DNA from: Victivallales bacterium
GTDB taxonomy: Bacteria > Verrucomicrobiota > Lentisphaeria > Victivallales > GWF2-50-93
Direction: 5' to 3'
DNA: 64,000 nt
NCBI GenBank assembly: GCA_049297395.1
Contig: JBAQUG010000221.1
Location: forward strand, 3,301-67,300
Of the stretch, positions 24,685 through 33,375 are shown one piece after another. The position numbers and the translations under genes are program-made. Within the stretch, counting starts at the first letter, position 1. Each line of letters opens with the position of its first letter. The notes under the pieces are model-generated. The model searched no databases, was not told the origin of the DNA, and saw only the letters and a program-made list of their open reading frames with translations.

Positions 24685-27498
24685 TCAGTTGCGTCCATGT
24701 TTTCGGTAGTGAGCAAGCCCTTCGATCAAAGTCTTTATGTTTTCCAGTGGTACGCCGGGTGCGATGGAACTGCTGCATCCGAGCATCAGTCCGACTTTCG
24801 GGCCTTTCTCAACAATCCAATCCATCTGGCTCCTGACGTCCGCAGGCTTGCCGTGGGGCAAAGTGGTAGTAACTGATACACCGCCGATGATGAACAGGTC
24901 GTCGCCGTCCCTGGTCTTCATCCTGCAGATCTTCTCGTAATCCATGCCATCCTCATACTGGAACCCCTGGAAACCACCGAGGCCGACATCAAGCAGGCGT
25001 GGCACCATCTGCATCAGATTACCGTCGCAATGCCAGATGAGCCGGATGCCAGCGTCGAGAAACGGCTGGATCGAACGGGCGAAGTGCGGAAACCATATCT
25101 TGTCGAGGGTCTTCACGTCAACAAGAGTACCGCGCGAATCTGCCATGTCATGATCCAGACGAAGCAACCGCGGTAGGCCGCCCTCGATTATGGCGCGTGC
25201 GGAGATGCGGTTGAATGCCTCTGCTGCATCGGCGTGGAGCTTGAAACCCCGCTCGATAATCTCCGGATAGAGCGCATAGGCCATGAAGTAGTTGGCGTAG
25301 CCGTAGTGTCCATATAGAAAACCCGGGAAGGTAAAGAAGCCGCCATACGGTCCCTTCAGCATGTTCATGCCGAAAAGTTCCTGTATCTTGACTTCGCCGG
25401 CAATCAAATCGCGGGCACGCCCGTTTTCGTTCACTTCGAGGTCGCGCTTCCACTTCTCCCATTGTGGGAAGAGGACTTTCTCCATGTGTTCAATGGCGGC
25501 CTCGGGCGAATCTATCAGCATTCCGTCACGGATGATCTCCTCGGCACCGGTGGTGGCGCCGCGCTGGGTGTTCTCGCCGTAACCATGATCCTTCATGGTC
25601 AGGGGGTTCTCGGCCAGCCATTGGTCGATGAAACAGGCTCCGGCCTCCAGCTGGAATTCACGGTAGACCCGGATAGGTTCCTTCTCGTAGCTGCCAGGCG
25701 GATTGCCGGAGAGCGTTTCCAGATGAGACCACTGCATGTCGTTCAGAAGCCAAGCGGGAATCCCTTTCGTCGGCCTCATGGCGATGGTGTCAAGCGCCAA
25801 CAGGGCATTTGCTTGCCACTTGTCTTCGAATGCGCTGAATCCGATATTGAATCCATTGTTATCTTCCAGCGCGGAGAAAACTAGGGTCTTATTCGGATAT
25901 TTGACTGAGGAAATGCGCATCCTGTCCGGCAGCAGGGCCGAACCCGTGAACTTCTGCAGGATGGAAGATCCTCCCCCGAACTTCCTCCGGAGCGCGGACA
26001 CGTCCTTTTTGAGAGCGGGCAGGAAGCCGGCAGACAGCACCTTCTTTTCTTTTCCCACTTCCAGCATTTCAGACAGCACCCGCGCACCATCCGACTTCGG
26101 ATACGCATTCACAATCGAGCGTGCATCCTTGTAGGACGCAACCAGCTTGCCATAGCTGTCCAGCAGCTTTTCAGCCACCGGCAGGAATTCTTCCGGACGC
26201 GCCATGGACGGCAGCACCTTCTTCCAATCCGCATAGGCGCGATAGATGGGCGCGTAGAAAACCATGTCTTTCATGATAGTGGTGAAGTTGGAGGCCTTCT
26301 CGTTGAGAGAGACACCTCTGAAGACGCCGCGTTTGACATCGTAGCGCTCCAATTGCCAATCGTCGGAACGGTAGCGGTCGCGGTCGGTTTTTTTTCGGAA
26401 ATCGGGCACTTCCATGGGCTTGCCGCCTTCGCGCGAACTTCGCAGCGCCTGGATGCCGGGGATGGTGACATCGCAGCCGCCGTAGATGTCGAAAGGCCCC
26501 TTTTCGCCGGTGAATATCTCGCGGGCGAAATAGTAGAGCGTCCAGAAGTCTCCACCACCGTGGCCGGTAGTGGCCGCGAGTTCGCCCAATCCTTCCCATT
26601 TGGGATTAACCTGCATCTTTGGTGAGCTACCGGACGCACCGAGGCGCAGATTAACTCCGTCGTGACCGCTCTCAAAAGCACCGAGCGTCCCCCATATGCG
26701 CTGATTATGGGTGTCGTTTGTTGTGGCACCCATGAGGTTGCGGACTACTCCCCCATTGCTCATGCTGATTAGAGAAGGAGTCATCGTTCCATTTCCTTCG
26801 CCGTTCCTCCCCAGATATCCGGCAATCTGCTGTCGGACGGGGAAGGCCTCCACCATCGTCGGACGTGTGCCGGTGATGACCATGACTGGTCCAAGTGAGT
26901 GAGTGCAGTAATAATGGAAGTTGAACCAGCTCCGCCAATTGTGGACATTGTGTCCGGGTTTGACGGGAATGCCGTCGATATAGGTGTAGGCCAGCATCCG
27001 GCATTCGTGGACATATTCGTATTCGGCATACATGAGTTCGCCGAACAATCCTTCCCGCCAGCGGTTTGCCGCCCACATGTTGGCGGCTGTGAATGGATAG
27101 TTTTCCGCAAGATTATAGACAAGCTTCCGTTTCTCAACCTCCTCAACCAATTTTACTCCCTCGGCCATCGTAAAGAACGATGTTACTTCCGAAAGCACGT
27201 GCTTGCCTGCCTGAAGGCATTTGATGGCGTCGCCGGCGTGGGAGGGGCAGAACGTGGCGAGCAGCACGGCATCAAAGTCCTGCTTCAGGAACTCGTCCGC
27301 ATCTGCCGTGGCGAAGGCTCCGGGGTTTACGTTCAGGAAATTGTCGCGCATGTGCTGGTTGTAGTCGCAGCCGGCAACGACATCCATGTTGAGGAACTTG
27401 CAGGTGTTGTAGAAGCTCATTCCCCTGCCAAGACCCCATATGCCAAGCCGGATGCGCTTGTCCGTGTCGAATACTTTCTCCGCCTTATCACTCTTCAT
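24685..27498 (-). CDS. Fusion of a Gfo/Idh/MocA oxidoreductase (N-terminal ~400 aa) with a URO-D-family domain (C-terminal ~400 aa)
   Basis: N-terminal part: IRLGIWGLGRGMSF Rossmann and GKHVLSEV. C-terminal part: IWHCDGNLMQMVPRLLDVGLGGFQGFQ ... LFIIGGVSVTTTLPHGKPADVRSQMDWIVE...GLMLGCSSSIAPGVPLENIKTLIE, the usual URO-D/MtaA-like C-terminal pattern. It is one uninterrupted 937-aa frame. Confidence 0.65.
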   Translation of the reverse strand: MKSDKAEKVFDTDKRIRLGIWGLGRGMSFYNTCKFLNMDVVAGCDYNQHMRDNFLNVNPGAFATADADEFLKQDFDAVLLATFCPSHAGDAIKCLQAGKHVLSEVTSFFTMAEGVKLVEEVEKRKLVYNLAENYPFTAANMWAANRWREGLFGELMYAEYEYVHECRMLAYTYIDGIPVKPGHNVHNWRSWFNFHYYCTHSLGPVMVITGTRPTMVEAFPVRQQIAGYLGRNGEGNGTMTPSLISMSNGGVVRNLMGATTNDTHNQRIWGTLGAFESGHDGVNLRLGASGSSPKMQVNPKWEGLGELAATTGHGGGDFWTLYYFAREIFTGEKGPFDIYGGCDVTIPGIQALRSSREGGKPMEVPDFRKKTDRDRYRSDDWQLERYDVKRGVFRGVSLNEKASNFTTIMKDMVFYAPIYRAYADWKKVLPSMARPEEFLPVAEKLLDSYGKLVASYKDARSIVNAYPKSDGARVLSEMLEVGKEKKVLSAGFLPALKKDVSALRRKFGGGSSILQKFTGSALLPDRMRISSVKYPNKTLVFSALEDNNGFNIGFSAFEDKWQANALLALDTIAMRPTKGIPAWLLNDMQWSHLETLSGNPPGSYEKEPIRVYREFQLEAGACFIDQWLAENPLTMKDHGYGENTQRGATTGAEEIIRDGMLIDSPEAAIEHMEKVLFPQWEKWKRDLEVNENGRARDLIAGEVKIQELFGMNMLKGPYGGFFTFPGFLYGHYGYANYFMAYALYPEIIERGFKLHADAAEAFNRISARAIIEGGLPRLLRLDHDMADSRGTLVDVKTLDKIWFPHFARSIQPFLDAGIRLIWHCDGNLMQMVPRLLDVGLGGFQGFQYEDGMDYEKICRMKTRDGDDLFIIGGVSVTTTLPHGKPADVRSQMDWIVEKGPKVGLMLGCSSSIAPGVPLENIKTLIEGLAHYRKHGRN

Positions 27499-27538
27499 AT
27501 GACAACTCCTTGTTTAAAACCATTATTTTTTACCATGG

Positions 27539-28465
27539 TCAAACTGAAATCAATATTATTCCAAGCAGGCTCATGAGAATTCCAGCAATCCCGGAAATAC
27601 CGAATTCCTCCTTGAGTTTAAAGGCGCTGTAGCCCACCACCATCATTATGCATGCTCCTACTGCCAGCGGATAGACAAGCGATGATATTTTGGCGACTGC
27701 CATTATGTCAAGGGATTTATACAGGACAACTTGGCCGGACAGTACCAGGAAAGCATAAATCAATGAATATAGTAAAGTTCCTTTCAATGGAACCTTACCG
27801 CCTTTCAGTAAATGATATCCCGTCCAGAAAATGAAAGTGAATCCGGACATTAGCGGCACTCTCAGCGCCCCCTTGTCCGACCAGTCGCCCCAGTGTGAAG
27901 GCAGAATGCTGAAGATCTGGGAGGTTCCGATCAGCAGGAAAGCGGATATCGAAAATAAAATCCAGGTCAATCCGGTTCCCGGACTTCCGCATTTTAAATT
28001 AATTGTTTTCATCGGACGCCTGATCTCCTTCAGGGAAAGCAATGCGAAACTTGTCAAGATTAAAAGAACACCGGCAATTCTTGAGATTTCAGCCTTCTCC
28101 TTCCAGAACAACAGTGCAAATATGAAAGGAAGGATCATTGCCGACTGTGCAATTGCCCAAGCAAATCCATGATGTCCGCACTGCATCGCATCCCGCATTT
28201 TCAGAAAGCCGATATTGGCTGTGACAGCGACTGCAAGCATCACGAAGAGGAGTTCGAAAAACCTGGAATTTGCATCTCCCGACATGATAGCCGTGTAATC
28301 CGGGATAATGACCAGGGAGGATATTAAAATAAGGCCTGACGCCAGAAGCATGAATGAGGAAAAATCCATGTTTCTTTTGATCACCAGGCTGAAAACTATA
28401 CCAACTCCGCCCCAGATGAGGCCTGTTATCAGAGTCAAAATAAAACCTTGCAACGCAGGATACAT
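27539..28465 (-). CDS. DMT-superfamily (RhaT/EamA-like) membrane transporter
   Basis: About 10 hydrophobic helices in about 308 aa. The start is placed at Met 28465 (MYPALQGF), preceded by AGGAA; the track start is 28552. Confidence 0.55.
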   Translation of the reverse strand: MYPALQGFILTLITGLIWGGVGIVFSLVIKRNMDFSSFMLLASGLILISSLVIIPDYTAIMSGDANSRFFELLFVMLAVAVTANIGFLKMRDAMQCGHHGFAWAIAQSAMILPFIFALLFWKEKAEISRIAGVLLILTSFALLSLKEIRRPMKTINLKCGSPGTGLTWILFSISAFLLIGTSQIFSILPSHWGDWSDKGALRVPLMSGFTFIFWTGYHLLKGGKVPLKGTLLYSLIYAFLVLSGQVVLYKSLDIMAVAKISSLVYPLAVGACIMMVVGYSAFKLKEEFGISGIAGILMSLLGIILISV

Positions 28466-28576
28466 TGGTATTCCTGTTAAATAATTATATATTAACACCG
28501 GATTATACCACCGCATATTTGTGTCTGGCAACGACGTAAAAGATAGAAACATTATAAATATCAGAGATAATTGGAT

Positions 28577-29410
28577 ATGCTGGATTTTTTAATTGCACAT
28601 GTCGGAGTTTACGGTAAGGCAGAAAGATTCATGCAGATTGTCCAATGCCCATGGATCAGCTTTTATGTAAGCGGTTTGAAATACAGCAGGGACTATCTTC
28701 CTGATGGCAGGCTGATAAGAAATGCGGGTTCTGATGAAAAGCCTTGCTTTGCCGTGAAAATTCCCGGGATGAAAATAGACTTTGAATTTGGGGATGGACG
28801 CGAGAACTGGGTGATGATGCTTGAAAATGTCCCGATTCGATCGTCATCCGATGGTAAATCCGCTGAAATAAAGGAAGGATCCGAATGGCTCAGGATTCCT
28901 TTTTACGTCGAGGTTCCTGATGAACGGGTTGAAGGGTGGCGGATGGAAATGCGCCGCATCCAGGACGCATGGCTCAGCCCGACGCCGCTGAACTCCTTCC
29001 GGGCCCGGCTTGGGATAACAAACATATTGCGCTTCATGGTGGACAGGCTGCCTGACACTCTGGGCTTCTCGCCGGAAGAAAAACTTAAACGTCTGATTGA
29101 TGAGGATTCCACGTTTTCCAGATCCATCCAGGAACTGAGCCGTTCCTGCGGAATGTCTCCGGATCATATGAGGGTGCTGTTCCAGAAAAGATTCCATATC
29201 TCCCCGCTCGCCTACAGGAACCAGAAACGCGGCACATATATGATGGAGCTTATCGCGAACAGTCCGTTGTCCGTGAAGGAAATTTCATACCGCACAGGAT
29301 TCAGGCATGTATCCCATTTCTGCATGGAACACAGGAAACTCTATGGAATCACGCCGCTGGAAGGTATAAGGAAATTCCGCAATATCCGGGACATGCACAA
29401 TTCACTGTAA
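28577..29410 (+). CDS. AraC-family transcriptional regulator (divergent from the oxidoreductase/transporter cluster)
   Basis: C-terminal HTH pair: IQELSRSCGMSPDHMRVLFQKRFHISPLAYRNQKR...VKEISYRTGFRHVSHFCMEHRKLYGITPLE. First ATG at 28577; the track start is TTG at 28571. Confidence 0.8.
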   Translation: MLDFLIAHVGVYGKAERFMQIVQCPWISFYVSGLKYSRDYLPDGRLIRNAGSDEKPCFAVKIPGMKIDFEFGDGRENWVMMLENVPIRSSSDGKSAEIKEGSEWLRIPFYVEVPDERVEGWRMEMRRIQDAWLSPTPLNSFRARLGITNILRFMVDRLPDTLGFSPEEKLKRLIDEDSTFSRSIQELSRSCGMSPDHMRVLFQKRFHISPLAYRNQKRGTYMMELIANSPLSVKEISYRTGFRHVSHFCMEHRKLYGITPLEGIRKFRNIRDMHNSL

Positions 29411-29413
29411 ATT

Positions 29414-29439
29414 ATAAATTTTTAGTCCAAAAAATTTAT
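29414..29439. terminator. AT-rich palindrome between convergent genes (bidirectional terminator candidate)
   Basis: ATAAATTTTT-loop-AAAAATTTAT. It begins 4 nt after the AraC stop and overlaps the stop codon of the HD-domain gene at 29436-29438. Confidence 0.45.
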
Positions 29440-30086
29440 CCGTAGACTTCGCGGTTGATCTGCTTGAAGAACTCGTGCATGAAGTCGGAACGCTGTTTTG
29501 CAACTTTGCGGCCGGTCTTCGTTAAGAGTTTGCCATGGATGTGGCGGAGTTTGACGAGATATTCGCGGTAAGCTGAATCTTCCGAGCTATATGAATCGGA
29601 TGCTAATGCTTCTTCTTCGGTATTATGGAGTTTCGCGCCGATCCTGCCGGCGAAATGGAAGGCACGCCCAACTCCGACTGCTCCGATCGAATCCAATTTA
29701 TCCGCATCATAGACAATTTTTTCTTCTATAAGTAACGGACTTCGTCCGCCGCCGCGGTACCTATGGGTTTTAACGCAGTTGCAGACCTTCCTGATGAACT
29801 CCTCGTTGCGGAATTCGCAGTCCCGGAGGAATTTATCGGAGATCTCGGAACCGATGACGGCATGGCATACCTTGCCTTTGCTTTTAAGTTCCTCGGGGCG
29901 GGCGATATCATGCAGGACGGCAGCGGTCTCGACGACCTGGATGTCCGCGTTCTTTTCGCCTGCGGCTATGATCTGGGCGTTATGGAGCACGCGGCGGGTG
30001 TGTTCCCAGTCGTGGCAGCCCGGTGCAGATTCCAGGCGTTTCCGTACCGCATCAGAAAGCTTCTTGAATTTTTCAGAATATTTCAT
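29436..30086 (-). CDS. HD-domain phosphohydrolase
   Basis: H...HD signature: CHDWEHTRRVLHNAQIIA ... AAVLHDIARPEE ... YDADKLD. Confidence 0.85.
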   Translation of the reverse strand: MKYSEKFKKLSDAVRKRLESAPGCHDWEHTRRVLHNAQIIAAGEKNADIQVVETAAVLHDIARPEELKSKGKVCHAVIGSEISDKFLRDCEFRNEEFIRKVCNCVKTHRYRGGGRSPLLIEEKIVYDADKLDSIGAVGVGRAFHFAGRIGAKLHNTEEEALASDSYSSEDSAYREYLVKLRHIHGKLLTKTGRKVAKQRSDFMHEFFKQINREVYG

Positions 30087-30161
30087 AGGTCAGAATATAT
30101 CACCATGAAACAGATCCTCCTATGCTAGAACTACGGAGTACAGGACAAATATCCGAAAAAG

Positions 30162-31136
30162 TTGAATCTTGAATTTGAAACTATGAAGATGTATCATTGG
30201 AGAACACAATCAGTTTTTTGGTGTTCGAAAATGCCTACAAATTTAAAAGTTATTTCGTGGAAAGTTCCGCTGGCCAGGAAATACTGTTTCAACGAACTGT
30301 TCATGGGGGAAAGGAAGTCCCTGGTCATAGTCCAGAGGGTAGACCAGACCGATACACTCATACACAGCCATGATTTCACCGAACTCGTATTCATCCTCAG
30401 CGGCTCGGCGGTGCATGAAGTCGGAAAGATGAGATATGAGATGAGACCCGGAGATTTCTTCCTCATAGACAACAGGACAAGGCATGCATACAAAAACTGC
30501 CGGACCCTTAAACTCGTGAATGTGCTTGTCCAGGAAAGATTCCTCGACCACATGAAAAAAATGCTTTCAAGCATCAAGGGGTTCGACATTCTTTTCCCGC
30601 ATGATAAATCCGGTTCGTTTGTCCGGCCTCCCAATCTTGGAGCATCAAGGCTGGAAGAATGCCTCATTCTTGTAAACAAGATCGAAAGAGAACTGTTCGA
30701 ATCCGGGCCGGCCTCCAATGAGATGCAGTCCCTCCTGACTACCGAACTCCTGATAACGGCCTGCAGGTTTGCAGAATTGAAGGAAGTGGAAAACGGAAGC
30801 CTCTGGCCCAACATGGAAAAAGCGCTATCTTATGTCCAAGGGCACTTCAACGAGGAAATCAATGTCGACAAGCTCTGCGCGCTGGCAAGCATGTCCAAAA
30901 GATCCTTCATGCGATATTTCATGAGGACGACAGGATACTCGCCGATACAGTACCTCCTTAAAATCAGGGTTTTAAAGGCGTGCCAGTTCCTCCGCGAAAC
31001 CGACAAGCCGCTCTCTGAGATCTCCTCCTCCTGCGGATTTGATGATACTAATTATTTCTCCCGCATCTTCAGGAAAAGCACCGGCCTTCCACCGAACACA
31101 TTCAGGAAAAAGACAAACTTCGGGATCCAGCCTTAA
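30162..31136 (+). CDS. AraC-family regulator (cupin-type sensor + HTH); start uncertain
   Basis: Cupin-like segment HSHDFTELVFILSGSAVHEV...GDFFLIDNRTRHAY. C-terminal HTH LCALASMSKRSFMRYFMRTTGYSPIQYLLKIRVLKACQFL...SSCGFDDTNYFSRIFRKSTGLPP. The track start is TTG at 30162. Confidence 0.8.
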   Translation: MNLEFETMKMYHWRTQSVFWCSKMPTNLKVISWKVPLARKYCFNELFMGERKSLVIVQRVDQTDTLIHSHDFTELVFILSGSAVHEVGKMRYEMRPGDFFLIDNRTRHAYKNCRTLKLVNVLVQERFLDHMKKMLSSIKGFDILFPHDKSGSFVRPPNLGASRLEECLILVNKIERELFESGPASNEMQSLLTTELLITACRFAELKEVENGSLWPNMEKALSYVQGHFNEEINVDKLCALASMSKRSFMRYFMRTTGYSPIQYLLKIRVLKACQFLRETDKPLSEISSSCGFDDTNYFSRIFRKSTGLPPNTFRKKTNFGIQP

Positions 31137-31139
31137 GCC

Positions 31140-31443
31140 CTGTCTACTATACGCATATTTGCGGTATCATGCCTACAGTGGTTTTTCTGGACATTCCCCG
31201 TCCCCTGCCAGCTTGCCTGGCAGGAGCGGGAGATTATCCAGGCTATAAGTGGAGAATCGCACTGCCGTCCCGTCTTCGCATCCGGTGGTTGCACCGCCGG
31301 ATGCGAAGGCGAGGGATGGTGTTGGTCAGTCAAACGCAATATAGCTGGCAATCTTTATTTCCTGCCAGTCAAGCTGGCAGGGGATTGTAAGCCCTCTGCT
31401 GACGGCGGATGTCGATTGTACAGAAAATGCGTATAGTAGACAG
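31140..31443. mobile_element. 304-bp foldback MITE with perfect 17-bp TIRs and a 10-bp target-site duplication
   Basis: TIRs are CTGTCTACTATACGCAT (31140-31156) and ATGCGTATAGTAGACAG (31427-31443). They are flanked by direct repeats GCCTTAAGCC at 31130-31139 and 31444-31453. The two halves are degenerate mirror images with conserved islands: CCCCTGCCAGCTTG.CTGGCAGGA, AGATT..CCA.GCTATA and CTTCGCATCCGG.GG. No ORF. Confidence 0.6.
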
Positions 31444-31570
31444 GCCTTAAGCCAGCTCCCCAAACTCGAAATCCGAATTTTGGCAGCAATGTGCTATTTA
31501 TTGGCCTTTTTGTGAAGGATATTTTATCCGCGGACGGATATGATTATCTCACAAAGAAAGGATTTCACAC

Positions 31571-33226
31571 ATGAAAAAAATAAGAAGGACAGAATATAGG
31601 AAGAAGGTGCTGGGCTGCTGGCTCGGCAAGGCGGCAGGAGGAACATTGGGAATGCCCCACGAGGGCAAGGACGGGCCGCTGGATCTTGAATATTACAGCC
31701 CGGTTCCGACGACGATGCTTCCGAACGACGATCTGGATCTCCAGGTGCTATGGGCGTGTGTCATGGACAAAATGAAGGAGCCGAAGGTCGACAAGGACAT
31801 AATGGGAGAAGCATGGCTTAAACATGTTGAATTCCCCTGGGATGAATATGGTGTGTGCATACGCAACCTGAAAAATGGAATCAGGCCACCCTTTTCCGGA
31901 ATCTGCGACAACTGGTTCTACAATGGAATGGGAGCGGCGATAAGAAGCGAAATATGGGCCTGTCTCGCCCCTGGCAATCCTTCACGGGCCGCCTATTACG
32001 CATACGAAGATGCCTGCACCGATCATTCCGGCGACGGGATATGGGCGGAGATATTCTTTTCGGTGATGGAATCCCTCTGTTTCCGGGAAAGAGATCTTGA
32101 ACTGATAATCGTCAAATCCGCATCATATCTTCCGCTGGATTCCAAAGTCAGGAATGTCGCCATAGACACGTTGGAATGGTGGAATCTATTAGGAGACTGG
32201 CTAAAAGTCAGGTCAATGATCCTTGACAAATACGGGCATCATAATTTCACAGACACCATTCAGAATATAGGATTCACAATACTCGGGCTCCTTGCCGGCG
32301 GCGGTGATTTCGGAAAAACCGTCTGTGTAGCTGTAAACTGCGGGAAAGACACCGACTGCACCGGAGCGACAGCGGGCGCAGTCTTTGGCATCCTGTATCC
32401 GGACCGGATAGGGGAGAAGTGGCTCAAACCGATCGGCAGGAATCTTGTGCTCAACAAGCAGATTACCGGCATCATACATCCACCCACGCTGGACGGATTC
32501 ACGGATTTGATCCTCGATCTCGGAAAAAAACTTGATTCCCCAAAACAATCCAAATATGGCGCCGAACCTCCTCTTGTGAACGCCAGGATATGCTATGTCG
32601 ACGCCGGAAGAACTCCCTGCTGCCTGGAAAACTGCACGAAAGAGATTCTTGACAGCATTTCGAGCGAAATGAAGACCGTCGTCTTTCCCGGCAATTATGC
32701 CTATGTCCCGAAAGAGGTGCATAAAGGAAGGATGATCGCGGTAAGATACGGAATCAGCGCTGAAACGAAATTCAAGGCGAGAATAATGTTGAGCACGGGT
32801 TTGGATGGGGCTCTTTTCCTTGATGCGAAGTGTCTCTTTGGAGGGGACGGATGGATGATCCCGTCTTTCCACAGGGCTGGAGACGGACACTTCAAGGATG
32901 TCGAACTTAAAGCCGGAAGCCATGAGATAGTGGCGTTGATGAGGACAAAAGCCCCTGTGGACGCCAGTTGGATTTTCGGTGTCGGGGATGCACGAACCTG
33001 CATGTGGATGAACTTGTTTTCTGTCGATGGTATGAATATAGCATTCTCTGAATCCCGTTCTTCAGAGGTAATTGTAAAACTCCAATTTCCGGTCGGACCT
33101 GCCTTCGCCCAAGGGCTACGGCAAGGAGCGCAAGTCCGACCCACCGCGCCCGAAGCGGGCGTAAAAATGGAGGGACGCGCTTGCCGCGTCCGGAGTTGTG
33201 CAATTACCTCTGAAGTAAGTGACTGA
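31571..33226 (+). CDS. ADP-ribosylglycohydrolase-family protein with an extra C-terminal domain
   Basis: N-terminal VLGCWLGKAAGGTLGMPHEGK, and CGKDTDCTGATAGAVFG (metal-binding D-T-D region), are typical of the ARH family. About 200 further residues are unassigned. The last ~55 codons are encoded by repeat elements (see findings). Confidence 0.75.
   Translation: MKKIRRTEYRKKVLGCWLGKAAGGTLGMPHEGKDGPLDLEYYSPVPTTMLPNDDLDLQVLWACVMDKMKEPKVDKDIMGEAWLKHVEFPWDEYGVCIRNLKNGIRPPFSGICDNWFYNGMGAAIRSEIWACLAPGNPSRAAYYAYEDACTDHSGDGIWAEIFFSVMESLCFRERDLELIIVKSASYLPLDSKVRNVAIDTLEWWNLLGDWLKVRSMILDKYGHHNFTDTIQNIGFTILGLLAGGGDFGKTVCVAVNCGKDTDCTGATAGAVFGILYPDRIGEKWLKPIGRNLVLNKQITGIIHPPTLDGFTDLILDLGKKLDSPKQSKYGAEPPLVNARICYVDAGRTPCCLENCTKEILDSISSEMKTVVFPGNYAYVPKEVHKGRMIAVRYGISAETKFKARIMLSTGLDGALFLDAKCLFGGDGWMIPSFHRAGDGHFKDVELKAGSHEIVALMRTKAPVDASWIFGVGDARTCMWMNLFSVDGMNIAFSESRSSEVIVKLQFPVGPAFAQGLRQGAQVRPTAPEAGVKMEGRACRVRSCAITSEVSD
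33060..33215. repeat. Inverted-repeat element nested in a repeat unit at the 3' end of the ARH gene
   Basis: The arms are 33060-33083 CTTCAGAGGTAATTGTAAAACTCC and 33192-33215 GGAGTTGTGCAATTACCTCTGAAG (22 of 24 complementary). The interior holds GC hairpins GCGCCCGAAGCGGGCG and GGACGCGCTTGCCGCGTCC. Confidence 0.5.
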
Positions 33227-33313
33227 TGATTTTGGCAACAAAATGCTAATAACTGGCAGTTTTGTGAAGGATATTGTATTCGTGGACGAATACAATATGC
33301 CATGATAAGAGAT

Positions 33314-33354
33314 GTAAATATTCACTGAACCCCGTCCTTCTAGTGAATATTTAC
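33314..33354. repeat. A-type hairpin repeat, variant loop
   Basis: GTAAATATTCACT...AGTGAATATTTAC. Same arms as 33654, 40227 and 15424, but with a 15-nt loop. Confidence 0.6.
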
Positions 33355-33375
33355 TTTTTCACAAAGGAAAAATAA

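Noticed and set aside
31140-31443. A long closing helix with internal hairpins, considered as a retron msr/msd or another large structured ncRNA.
   Set aside because: There is no reverse transcriptase or any other associated gene. The perfect TIRs plus the 10-bp direct target duplication are better explained by a transposition event. An RNA role for the read-through transcript is not excluded.
31481-31495. TGGCAG-N-TGCT, and similar TGGCAA strings at 33233 and 40344, look like sigma54 -24/-12 promoter elements.
   Set aside because: The GG-to-GC spacing is one nt short of the TGGCAC-N5-TTGC consensus in two copies, and the GC is absent in the third. No enhancer-binding protein gene is nearby.
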